Shown here: positions 49,311 through 61,753 of the stretch, piece after piece
Layout of the letters: the number at the start of each line of letters is the position of its first letter
How positions within the stretch are numbered: the stretch's first letter is position 1
Assembly: GCA_030390025.1 (NCBI GenBank)
Contig: CM059432.1
Coordinates: forward strand, 95,978,001 to 96,042,000
Direction of reading: 5' to 3'
Length of the DNA stretch: 64,000 nt
Source of the DNA: Squalus acanthias
Taxonomy: Eukaryota
The notes under the pieces: model-generated
What the model was told of the DNA's origin: nothing
The model's database searches: none
What the model saw: the letters and a program-made list of their open reading frames with translations, nothing else
Position numbers and translations under genes: made by a program

Positions 49311-49604
49311 GCCTACAGGAACCAAAGGAAAAAATGGCAATATTAATTTTTTTATAAGTGCTTCTCACGCAGTGAATTGGAAGCATTCAAATTGCTGTTG
49401 ATAGTAGGAAAAATGATTGAAAATGACCACCAGGGGGCCCTCTTACTTTGATAGGAATAAAAGGCAATTTTGTGCCGCCTCAAAGCCTCTTAAAGGAACC
49501 ATCCCTCTGATTTCCAAGTTAGATGAAGGAACTTGTTAATGATATAAGTCGAAATGAAGGAAAGCCAATTTTTAAAAACTTGGGCATAGCAATTAATATG
49601 TATA

Positions 49605-50225
49605 GGGACAGGAGTAGGCCATTTCAGCCCTCGAGCCTGTTCTGCCATTCAATTAGATCATGGCTGATCTGTACCTCAACTCCATTTACCCATCTTTGCT
49701 CCATATCCCTTAACACCCTTAGCTAACAAGATCTATCTATCTCACTTTTGAATTTTTGAATTGATTCAGCATCAACAGTTTTTTGAGGGAGACTTCCAGA
49801 TTTCCACTCTTTGTGTGGAAAAAGTGCTTCCTGGCATCACCTCTGAACAGCCTAACTCTAATTTTAAGGTTATGCCTTGTTCTGAATTCCCCCACCAGAA
49901 GAAATAGTTTATATCTACCCTATCAAATCCTTTAATCATGTTAAACACCTCAATTAGATAACGCCCTTAATCTTTTACACTCAAGGGAACGTAAGCATGC
50001 AACTTGTTCTCAATTTAACCCTTTTAGCCCTGGTATCATTCTGCACCCCCACCAAGGCCAATATATCCTTCCTGAGGTGTGGTGACCAGAACTGAATGCA
50101 GTACTCCAGATGCTGTCTAACCATAGCTTTAAACAACTGTAGCATAACTTCCACCCCTTTTATATTCCAGCCCCCTTGAGATAAAGGCTAATATTCCAGC
50201 AGCCTTTTTAATTATTTTTGTACCT
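49605..50225 (-). mobile_element. Old CR1 3' fragment
   Basis: CR1 3' UTR 'ggagtaggccatttcagccctcgagcctg' and decayed ORF2 end. Confidence 0.75.
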
Positions 50226-51040
50226 GATGCAAATAGATGATATGTCAACAAACAGTAGCTAATATTGCAAAATATTGTATGACACATGAGAGAATTCTAA
50301 CGATTGTCAGAAGATAGCAACCATACAGGAATCAATGGTAAACACAGGCACATACAAATAATTATAGTTAATTGTCGTAATGTCCTTGTAATTTCAGGCA
50401 TTCATCTCTAAAGGCTCAGCTTCCAAAAGACTATTGCTAAAGTTCCACTTGAAAAGCTCAAACTCAAAGTTGTGGAGATTCAGGATAAACCCTGTGAATG
50501 GATAAGAAACTGATTGAAGGGGAGGAAAGGAGTGCTGGTTAGAGGAGTTTGGAGAGAGTGAGGGAGGAGTACTCAGCGGGGTGCCTCGAGGCTCAATGCT
50601 GCAACAACTACAGTTTCTAATTTACATAAATAACCTGGATTCAGAAACTTAATGCAAAGTAGTCAAATTTGCAGATAATACCAAACTAAGGGGATGTGGA
50701 ATCAAAAGTGGCAGCTCACAAACGTACTGAGTTGGACAATGGCAGATTAAATTTAATACAGGCAAATGTAAAGTTATACACATGGAGTACATGTGTGACA
50801 ACACATGTACTCCATGAATGATGTTGAAATAGCTAAGCATAAACTTGAAAGAGCCCTAGGAATCTTAATAGACTCTGCTAAATATTTCCAATCAATGTAG
50901 AGCAGCAATCAATGAACATAGTCAAAACAGTAGCATGTAAGTCAGGAGGTAATGATTAAACTTTATAGTGCACAAGTTAGACCACGTCTTGAGTACTGCA
51001 TCCAGTTTTGGTTGTCAAGAAACAAGAGAGGCATGTAAGC

Positions 51041-51224
51041 ATCAGAGGCAGTGTAGCGAAGAGCCACAAGGCAGATCCCCCAATATCAGAGGCAGTGTAG
51101 CGAAGAGCCACAAGGCAGATCCCCCAATATCAGAGGCAGTGTAGCGAAGAGCCACAAGGCAGATCCCCCAATATCAGAGGCAGTGTAGCGAAGAGCCACA
51201 AGGCAGATCCCCCAATATCAGAGG
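51041..51224. repeat. Four perfect 44-bp tandem copies plus 8 bp
   Basis: (atcagaggcagtgtagcgaagagccacaaggcagatcccccaat)x4 followed by atcagagg. Confidence 0.95.
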
Positions 51225-51256
51225 TTTGAATTAAAAAGAAAGACTGGAGAAACATG

Positions 51257-51397
51257 GACCGGGAAATTCCTTGAAGCTGCTCCCATTCACCAGAAATGTG
51301 GAGGAAACCCTGCTTACGCATGTAAACACAGTATCCCCTGCACTTCTGGCAAAGTAACGCTGTTAAACAAGGAGAAGCTCCGAGGAATTTCCTGGCC
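51257..51397. mobile_element. Harbinger-type MITE inside the old CR1
   Basis: About 27-bp imperfect TIRs (GACCGGGAAATTCCTTGAAGCT vs GGCCAGGAAATTCCTCGGAGCT); 3-bp flanks ATG/TTG. Confidence 0.6.
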
Positions 51398-52431
51398 TTG
51401 GGATATTCAGCCTGGAGAGGAGGCAACTAAAAGTTGATCTTATATAGGTATATAAGATTGTTATGCATACAGAAAAAGTTAATCCAGAATATTAAGTTCA
51501 AATAAATGCTCAGATGGAGTAGTGGAAACATTTTGAAAACATTTAAGAAACAATTAGGTGTTACAATAGGGAGATTAGGATCTTTCTGAATGGATAAATC
51601 AAGAAGGGCTGAATGGCCTTCATCAGTAATTATCTTATGACAACACTTCCAAATGAAACACTAGGGTGGAATTCCATAGCGCTGAAAAATGGGCGCGGGC
51701 ACCGCGATGCGCGATATGCCCGCGCCCGTTCAAGAAGCGCAGGCAGCATGTCAAGTTCGTGCTGCCTGCTAATTATAATGATTGTAGCTGCTGACAGGCT
51801 GTGCACTCAGCAGGGGGATGAAGTTCATGGTGTTCGAATGATGCTAGCTTTACTTAAAGCTAGCCTGTGCCTCTTAAAGGCAGTCTGCACCTCTTAAAGG
51901 TGAGCTGCCTTCTACTGATCAAAAATGGTAAAAGTGCTTCAGCATTCACAAATGGCTCAACAGGCCAGGGAAAGGGCACCCAAGGTCTTGGACGCAGCAC
52001 TCACGCTTTGTGCAGGGGATGAACACTGGAAGAGAGGTCCTCTACCCACAGGGGGCCAGGAAGCCCTCCAGAAAGGATGTGGGACAAGATCGCCAAGGCC
52101 GTCACTGCCAGCAGTGCCACCCCCAAGACCTGGCTCCAGTGCCGAAAGAAGTTTCATGACCTCAGACGAGTGGTCAAGGTCAGTGAATGCTTCTTCAAAA
52201 GCCGTCTCCAACCAACTGCACCACTAGCCTCACACACTGCGCAATGCACGCCCCCGCCCCCCCCCCAATCACTCACCCATCAACAATCTGTACCAAACAT
52301 GAGCACACCTTACATTCCTAGCTTCACTTCACCCCCTTGGAGCAAATGGTGCTGGCCATTCTTGGCAGGAGCATGGCTGAGCCCTTGGCCAGCGGCAGGG
52401 TTGAAAGTATACAAGATGCTGGTATCCTCAT

Positions 52432-52593
52432 CAATGTTCCCACTAAGCTAAGCAGACGCGCAGCGGTCTGGAGGTCCCGTGCAGGCCGCTCACCGGCTTC
52501 TAGAGGAAAGAAACCGCGCATGCACGGAAATTTGAATGGGCCATGCACCCAGTTAAAGGGACCATGCACTAAAAAAAATTAGGGGGTACATTG
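52432..52593. mobile_element. hAT MITE (CAATGTTCCC TIR family)
   Basis: TIRs CAATGTTCCC / GGGTACATTG; TSD ATCCTCAT/ATCTTCAT; absent from the paralogous site near 63075. Confidence 0.85.
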
Positions 52594-54025
52594 ATCTTCA
52601 TGTTATCCTCCTTCTCGCATCTCACTTTCCCCTCATCCCACAATCTCTTCTGATTTATAAGGTGCACATGGTGTAAGCCTGCACCTCTTGCTTTCCTGCC
52701 CTCCCATCACCACAATCTTACCCTTGCACCTTTCTCATTTCAGACACCCAGGAAATCCAGCCTGCCCAGCCAGTGGGTCAACCAGAATAGGGAGAGGAGA
52801 GTGAAGAAGAAGAAACATCGTCAATCAATTTCACACTCCCAGCCACGAGCTCTTCAAGGTCGTCCTCCAAGGCCATCTGCAGTCTCATCCACTGAAAGTC
52901 AGCAGCCTTCCACCAGAAATGCTGCAGCCACTGGGGTAGCACTGCATAAGAGCACTATGATAGGCAAAGGCACACGCAAGACACTCACTAAGGAAATGCA
53001 CAAGGGTGATTAGTTGATTTTTTGATGTAATATTGGATGCTTATATGGATAAAGTTGGATTGGAAAGTTTGCTTTGTGGTGGGTCGGGCATTTAAGACTG
53101 AGATGAGGAGGCATTTCTTCACTCAGAGGGTTGTGAATATTTGGAATTCTCTACCCCAAAGGGTTGGGGATGCTAAGTCATTGAGTATATTCAAGGCTGA
53201 AATAGATAGATTTTTGGACTCTAGGGGAATCAAGGGATATGGGGATCAGGTGGGAAAGTGAAGTTGAGGTTGAAGATCAGCTATAATCATATTGAATGGC
53301 AGAGCAGGCTTGAAGGGCCGTATGGCCTACTCTTGCTCCTAATTCTTACGTTCTTATGTGGCTTTTATTTCAGCATTGTGGCCAAGAGGACACTGTCATA
53401 GTCAGTAACAGAGGGAAGGTAAGGTATGGGACAAATGTTGAAAGGGGAATTGAGGTTGTGGTCACTGGTACCGAAGGCGGATGATTCAATCCCGTATATT
53501 CTGGGCAGAAAAGAACTGTCTGGGTTGCCTCCTTCCTTCAGCATCCTCCTCTTCTGCATCCTCCTCTTCTGCTTCTTTCTCTTCTGCTTCTTCCTTGTCC
53601 TTCTCCTCCCTCTGTAAGCAGCTTGTCTCCTTTGCTGCCTCTGCTCCACCTCCATGTCATTCTGCAGGCCAAGGGGGACTGCAACTAGAGCCCCCAAGAC
53701 TGTGAGCAAGCGGTGTTCTCAGAGGCCTTCCTTTAAGAGCCAAAGCCTTGCAAATGTCCTGAACTCCCTTCTTTAACTCCCACTTTAACAACTTTTTAAA
53801 TGTCTTACACCAAGCCACTACTCCAATAAAATGTAAAGAAACCAGTACAAAAGCAAAAATCTAAACTTACCTGAAAGTTGCGAGTGTCCCTTTAAGAAGC
53901 ACTGGTAGGGGGTCCGTTGTACAGCTGCATGTAGGTTCTGCTGTGCGTGCTTTAGAGAAGGCATTAAAAGGAGCGGTGATGTCCAAAATAGCAGGCTGTG
54001 CGTCAATTCAGCGTTGCACGCTAAA

Positions 54026-55473
54026 CATAGACATAGCAACATAGATGATAGGAGCAGGAGTAGGCCATTCGGCCCCTCGAGCCTGCTCCGCCATTCGATG
54101 AGATCATGGCTGATCATCTAAACTCAGTATCCTGTACCTGCCTTCTCCCCATATCCCTTGATACCTTTAGCTTTAAGAAATATATCTAACTCATCCTTGA
54201 ATATATTTAATGACTTCGCCTCAACTACCTTCTGTGGTAGAGAATTCCACAGGTTCACCACTCTCTGGGTGAAGAAATTCTTCCTCATTTCTGTCCTAAA
54301 TGGTTTACCCGTTATCCGTAGATTATGACCCCTGGTTCTGGACTCTCCGACCATCGGGAACATTCTTCCTGCATCTAGTTTGTCCAGACCTGTCAGAATT
54401 TTATATGTTTCGATGAGATCCCCTCTCATTCTTCTATACTCCAGAGTATAAGCCCAATCGACCCAATCTCTCCTCATATGTCATTCCTGCCATCCCAGGT
54501 ATCAGCCTTGTGAATCTTCGCTGAACTCCTTCCATGGCAAGAACATCCTTCCTCAGATAAGGTGACCAAAACTGCACACAGTACTCAAGGTGTGGTCTCA
54601 CCAAGGCCCTGTACAACTGCAGCAGGACATCCCTGTTCCTATACTCAAACCCTTTCGCTATGAAGGCCAACATACCATTTGCCTTCTTCACCGCCTGCTG
54701 CACCTGCATGCTTACTTTCAGCGACTGGTGCACAAGGACACCCAGGTCTCGTTGCACTTCCCCTTCTCCCAATCTATTGCCATTCAGATAATAGTCTGCC
54801 TTTCTGTTTTTGACACCAAAGTGGATAACCTCGCACTTATCCACGTTATATTGCATCTGCCACGCTTCTGCCCACTCACCCAACCTGTCCAGATCATCCT
54901 GGAGTTTCTCGCTATCCTCCTCGCTGCACACACTCTCACCCAGCTTTGTGTCATCTGCAAACTTGGAGATATTACATTTAATTCCCTTATCTAGATCATT
55001 AATGTATATTGTGAATAGCTGGGGTCCAAGGACCGATCCCTGCGGTACCCCACTAGTCACTGCTTTGCCACTCGGAAAAAGACCCATTAATTCCTACTCT
55101 CTGCTTTCTGTCCGCCAACCAGTTCTCTATCCAAGTCAATACCTTGCCCCCAATCCCATGTGCCTTAACTTTACCCGCTAATCTCTTATGCGGGACCTTA
55201 TCGAAAGCCTTTTGAAAGTCCAAATACACCACATCTACTGGTTCTCCCTTATCTATTTTCCCAGTTACATCCTCAAAAAATTCCAGTAGATTAGTCAAGC
55301 ACGATTTACCTTTTGTAAATCCATGTTGACTTTGTCCGATCCTGTCACTGTTTTTCAAATGCTCAGCTATTACATCCTTTATAATGGACTCTAGCATTTT
55401 CCCCACTACCGATGTCAGGCTTACCGGTCTGTAATTCCCCGCTTTCTCTCTACCACCCTTTTTGAATAGTGGG
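54026..55473 (-). mobile_element. CR1 3' portion (same subfamily as 16711-18162)
   Basis: ORFs 55053-55613 (part), 54434-55087 and 54124-54477. Confidence 0.9.
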
Positions 55474-55889
55474 GATCTAATTTCCATATCACGAGCGAAC
55501 GCAGGCAACAGCAATGCTGCCGACCTGCCCAAAATGGCAGGAAGTGGGCTGAAGCAAGGCGGCTGCCATTTTTTCATCCAAACCGACCTTAATAGCTGGC
55601 GTAAACGGGCCAAATTTCAAGGCCAAGATATGATAGTCTGGTCCAACTGGTATTAGCTGTTCTTTTCTCATTTTCATTTGTCTCTTGATTCTACATCATG
55701 CAAGCTATGTTCAGAGTGAAAGATAGCTTTGAATTAATCTTCTAAAAATCAGCTATGGTACATTTTTTTTCTGACATTTACATTATTTGCCAAATAAATA
55801 AAGAGGTGTTTTTGGTTTTAAGAACATGGAACCATCCTTAGAGTTTATAGAAATTTATGGTGACTCTTTAATTTATAAACCTTAGTAAC

Positions 55890-56650
55890 TAGGAACATAG
55901 GAAAAGGAGTGGGCCATTTAGCCCTGCGAGCCTGCTCCGCCATTCAATGAGATTATGGCTGATCTGCGACCTAACTCCATATACCTGCCTTTGCCCCATA
56001 TCCCTTAATATCTTTGGATAACAAAAATCTATCAATCTCAGATTTAAAATTAACAACTGATCTAGCATAAATTGCCATTTGCGGAAGAGAATTCCGAACG
56101 TAACCACCCTTTGTGTGTAGAAGTGTTTCCTAATTTCACTCCTGAAAGGTCTGGCTCTAATTTTTAGACTATGCCCCCCTAGTCCTAGACTCCCCAACCA
56201 GCGGAAATAGTTTCTATCTACCCTATCTGTTCCCTTAATATCTTGAAAACTTCGATCAAATTACCCCTTAACCATCTAAATTCCAGGGAATACAACCCTA
56301 GTTTGTGTAATCACTCCTCGTAATTTAACCCCTGGAGTCCGGGTATCATTCTGGTAAACCTACGCTGCACTCCCTCCAAGGCCAATATATCCTTCCTAAG
56401 GTGTGGTGCCCAGAACTGCTCACTACTCCAGGTGTGGTCTAACCAGGCCTTTGTATCGCTGTAGCATAACTTCTACCTCCCTTGTATTCCAGTCCTTTAC
56501 ATATAAAGGCCAGCATTGCATTAGCCTTTTTAAAAATTATTTTCTGTACCTGTTCATGACATTTTAATGATCTATGTACCTGGACTCCCAAGTCTCTTTG
56601 GACCGCCACTGTTTTTAAGCTTTTTACCATTTAGAAAGTACTCTGTTCTA
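55890..56650 (-). mobile_element. CR1 3' fragment
   Basis: QRDLGVQVH and RKHFYTQRVV motifs; 3' UTR and tail. Confidence 0.8.
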
Positions 56651-57891
56651 GCTGACGAGCTCAGCTAGAGACTATAGAAAGGTTAGTGTGGGAAATAGAA
56701 AAAAATGTGAGACTGGTGCAGGATGGGGGAGTCCTCTTCTGAGTTTGAGATTGAGGTACATTATGCAGCAGAGTACAGGGAGTTTTAGTCTGTATACTTA
56801 ACCTGGATGTATTTGATATGAACAATGGACCCTGATTTTAATGAGGATAAAATTCACACAAAAAAGGTTTTAAAAATTGAATTTGGACACAAGGCAAGAG
56901 ACAAAAGTTCAGGTAACTTTTTGGCATGCTTTAATTTAATAAATTTATAACCTTTAATTTAGAAACATCTGAAGTACAGTAAAGAAAAGTAAAAGCAAAC
57001 AATTCAGCAATATTGCACATGGCTCGAACACAACACATAAATCATGAAAATGCTATTTTTTGTAAGAAGCAAATACATAGAAGCATCTTGTTCATTACTT
57101 TAAAACATGTCCATGGACTGTACATAGCAACACTTATACAAGTCACTGTAACATTAATCGCTTCAACTAGTTGATGCTTGTACTGATGCAACACAACAGT
57201 AATAAGAGGTTCCACGTTTCCAGTACACACTCGCGTACTACTGAAAACATACAGACAGCAAAAGGCCAAGAAGCTTTGGTTTCATCCAATTTTATCATAA
57301 ACATAAAAATACAGCATAACCATTAAACTGTAGCTCCTTAAAACAGCAACAACATACACAGCTGAACCATAACAAAATCTTGAAAATTAGGTTTAAGCAG
57401 ATTCTCGAGCCAGCTGCCTTAGAAGACTGAACATTCAGTATCTTCTGTTCAAAACCTTGAAGGCAGTTTTCACTATCGGGAATTAATCTGTGCTTAGAAC
57501 AGTACTTTAGTAATTACAATAGTGTTTAAAATCGAGTTCCAGGCCCATACACTTAAAAAAAAATACATCACTTTTCCATGCCTTTTTTAAAATGTAACCA
57601 CTACTAAGTCTATTGGTATATTGCTCAGTAGTGGGTCAACTTTGGCCACTTCAATTTCTTTTTTTCTCTCACTCAAGGGAAGCATTCACATTTATAAATT
57701 ACCCATTCTTCAAAAGCAACTTGCAACACTGTAAACTGATATCACCTTAAGTCAAGTAATATATCTATACTTATCAACAGTGCAAATTAAACCTCACTGA
57801 TGTGATGAAACACATCTAGCCACATACGAAGACAACTCAATAAGCTAATTCCAGTACTCTTCAAGTATCCTAAACTAAAATTTAAGTGCAA

Positions 57892-59110
57892 TTAGTGGGA
57901 TTCTTTTTTTGTAGCTGGGTGGCGAAACAGTGTGCGAGGTGCATGGCGCAAAGAGTGCAAGGCAACCAAACAGCACCCACGCAACAGAGCACCAATATTG
58001 TACAGTGGCTCTGTTCCTCCTCTGTGTGTGGAAAATACCCATGCCAAAGTAGGTACTACAGGTGCAGCCACTGCCAACAAATCAATAATAAAATGGCTGC
58101 TCCAATAGCTTCTCTGACATACTGCAGATGGCTGCTCCTCTGAGACACTATATTCATTATCATCTGTTTCATCAAACATAGATGTGAAAGTAAGTTCCGT
58201 CATATCGTTTACTATAGGCAAGTGCTGTGCTTGTTCATTGTACGTAAATGCCTGAGGGCTCATGAAATGGTTAACAGATTCTAATTTAGACACCAGAATT
58301 GCAGTATTAGGATTGTTTGGAGTCAAATCCATCAAAGCATCGGTGACTACTCTTTCAAACTCTGGTGCACATGCTGCTTGACCAGCATCTGACACCCAGG
58401 TTGAAGATGTGGGGCTGACTGGGCTGTTATGTTGTGATTTCAGGATGTGTAGAATGAGTTTCTGTACATCTGGGCTATATGGTACTATGTCAGTCTGGAT
58501 AGCCTGCTCCCTGACCAGCTTATTATCATCCGTCACAAAGATCATACCACTTTGAGCAGAAATCTCAAATGTTGCACTGTTAACAAGCGTTGCCTGCATT
58601 TCATTAGCTTGTGACCAAGAGCCATCTCCGGAGCTACTTTCAGCGGGTTTTGACCTCAGTATTTGGTCAAAGAGATCTGTTCTGCTTGCCATATCATCAT
58701 TGGCAAGCAGACCACTATCAGCCATTTCTTCAACAGCTTGATCTTCTAGGCCCATGGCTTCAGCCATTTTTGTGTAGGTTGTGCTACGTGCCAATGACTT
58801 CACTGGTGATGGACACATGCAGTCCAGGGATGAATCATCCCTTGAAGCACCATTCTGAGCCAACTCCATGCTCTGCAGCAAAGACTCAAGTTTCTTGTTT
58901 TGGATATTAATGTCGACAAAGTATTTTTGAACCCCTTTGTCCTTCTCCACCAAACTGTTCTTCATGGTGTCAATCACCTCACGGAGTTGTTTGATCTCCT
59001 TTCGAGCTTCCTTTAGCGCCAGCTGGGCTTCAACTCGATGACATTCTTCTTCAATCCAGTCTTCACGCATGCGAGCGAGCTGGGACTTGAGATCTGCAAC
59101 TTCGGATTCC
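57892..59110 (-). CDS. SYBU: Syntabulin last coding exon (coiled coil to C-terminal membrane anchor)
   Basis: Acceptor tttcaatAG at 59112-59111; (R)ESEVADLKSQLARMREDWIEEECHRVEAQLALKEARKEIKQL...YWSSHFIIDLLAVAAPVVPTLAW...GALLRGCC; adjacency to EBAG9 favours SYBU over its paralogue SNPH. Confidence 0.92.
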
Positions 59111-61753
59111 CTATTGAAAGAAAAGGTTTGATAAACATAAATAAAGTTTGGAAACTGTTAAATTTACAAAATAATATGGGTAGATCCAAAAATGTATTGG
59201 AAACCTGGATTCCGTACAGTGTGCATGTCTGGTTTTAAGTGCTTAGAAATTGTGTAAAATCATCTGCCAATTAAACAGAGAGGATGTGTAAATTCCTGGC
59301 AACTTGCAATAAAAGACCTCAAATTAATCACATAAATTTAAGGCTCATGTTCATAGTAACAAAACAAATACTGAGTCTTTTGAATGCACCCTAATGAAGT
59401 TTTGTATTCTGTTTTGTGGAGAAGACAATACTGGGTATTATCAGTATACTGTAGTAGAACCAGATTGGTATATAAGTTGGAAAATCTTTGTTGGAGCCGC
59501 AACAAAAAGCTTTAAAAAAATAATTGTACAAATTAGCTAAAACTGTTCCAACACAACATTTTTTGTGCATCTTCCTCTTAAGACTCAGATTATAGTATTA
59601 AAATAAGCTTTATTCATTTATATTTAAAGTTCTTCACTAATTGAAGTTTCACTGGTTCACACACAATAACATTTTGAATAGGAAATGAAAGTGCGAAGTT
59701 TACTTTAGGTTTATTTTTTGACTTCATCCACAAAAAAAATGTATAAATCCCATAATTTTAATGGACAAAAAAATCCTGCGGCCTGCTAATCTCTGTGTCT
59801 AAGTCCCCAGTACAGCCAATATTATGGACCCTGAAGTGCCAGTACTGTTCAGGCATTGTGTGTAACTGTGCCGATAATGCGAGGTCAGCTCATTTGAATA
59901 ATTTTCTGGCACCTAATTATTTGGATACAGATTTATACTGATGCACATAGCATTCTACTTGTGGTCCAGCATTTCTACATTTTAAGCCTAAAGATTACTG
60001 TTGTTAATATTAGCGTACAACGCTTAATTCACTTCTTTGATATTCCTCGGTCTGTTACTTTAACACAAGCATCAACTCATTTATTTTAAATTAATGAATG
60101 CCTCCACTAAAACAGCAGGTGGGAGGAGTGGCATATGATCACATTAAGTTTTCAACTACTGATGTCACTAATAATAATTTCTAAGCTTTAATTGTGTTGC
60201 ACAATGTTAACGCAGTTTGTTTCATGCGCTTTTAATGTTTTTGTTTACCAGAAATGCTGGTGCAATACCATCGACAAACCTTTTAACTGCTCTTCTCTCT
60301 TCCTAAAGAGTAAAACCCTAATGACATGAGGACAGAGTAGTGTGGCATAATGAGGAGACTTGATGCCTCCTAGCAATGGAGTGCGAGCTGTATCCAGCAT
60401 TCAGCACAACTGAAATTTTTTTTTTTTTGCCAAACTATTAGCGATCTAGTACAGAATTCAACCACCCCACAATGCCAGGTCTGTATCACAGAAAATTCTA
60501 CATGCACTGCGGAGATAAACATTGTAGCAGGCAGCAGTGGCACCGCTGCAAACATTATGATGAAAGAGGTACAGTACTGGGTTTTCATGCAGAGCCAATG
60601 GTACTGGCAACCATCAGTGGTGAGCCCAATCAAAGCAGAGGTCTCGGGACCCAGACAACAATGAAGATGACAGAAAGAATGTGAATTTCTCTGTAGCAAT
60701 CAACTGCTCCCAGCTCGACTCTTTTCATAGGACGAGGCTGAGTTCAAGATCCAGCACTAAACAAGCAACACACAAACTTCACTTTACCTTAACTGATAAC
60801 AAGCACCAAACCATGTGCACTCTGGTCATGTCCACACATCCAGTTCTTGTGGAAGAAGATCCAAGAGGCTACCAGGACCAAGATGGGTCTCCATGTTCCT
60901 AGATTTTACCCCATGACTACTTGGTCTGCTTTCAACAAGAGTCTTCCACAGTTTGTGGACTTGCTCACATTTCACAATAAAACATAGGAACAAAGCAACT
61001 GCAGAATATTTGCCAGTCTGAGCAAGTGATGCACGGGCTGTGCATGGAACTGATAAACACTGTGAGGCGTAGGCTCACTTTCTACGGGCCCATTACATCC
61101 ACAGCCCCCCTAATCTTACACAGCTGAGGGGAGCCAAGGTCCATTGTTTGACCAAAGAGACTCCACCCTCCCACATCAGCATCCTAAAATATTACACAGT
61201 GCCCAAATCCTCACCAGAACCACCTGTCAGCTTCCCTGACCCAACTTCCTCACCTGACACAAGTCTCTCTCTAACAAATAAAGATCTGGCTCTATAAATC
61301 CTCAATACTAAAAGGTACATATACCTCATTGTATATACCTGCAGACACCATGTAATATACCTGTAATGTATTATAACCTCACAAAATTGTGTAATTGTGA
61401 ATCCAAAAACTTTAATCAAAAATTGGTGACATGTTTTCTAAATTTCTTCACAGTTCTCCACCATTTATTTTATCTATGGGAGACAGCAGTACACAATGGG
61501 GCAAACAGTCAAAGAACAGGGAAAGATTTAAAAAAATGAAAGACAAAAACTCATTCTGTGAATGCAACAAGAATATTATAGAACATTTTGAAATAATAAG
61601 TTTTCAATGATTTTTGAGGGAAAAGATGGAATGTAATAATGATGGAAGAGGACAATGTGCAAAGGTTCCACAAGCCACTGCAAAATGGATAAGTAACATC
61701 GCCTAGCTGATGAATCTGCACTGTGATACAACTATCTGTCACCAGAACTCAAT

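Larger units (their letters stand above)
50430..51630 (+). mobile_element. Very old CR1 RT to 3' fragment
   Basis: KFADNTKL and VRPRLEYCIQFW-like motifs. Confidence 0.65.
51664..55624. mobile_element. Internally deleted PIF/Harbinger transposon (Myb/SANT-like ORF on +, transposase ends on -) with nested hAT MITE and CR1s
   Basis: MWDKIAKAVTASSATPKTWLQCRKKFHDLRR (52077+); acidic ...IIRLRYQ* transposase-like C-terminus on -; GG..GAAATT-type ends; homologous to 61754-63240. Confidence 0.7.

Noticed and set aside
51041..51224. CRISPR-like regular repeats (also 37131-38045)
   Set aside because: Head-to-tail units with no unique spacers, no cas genes, and vertebrate context
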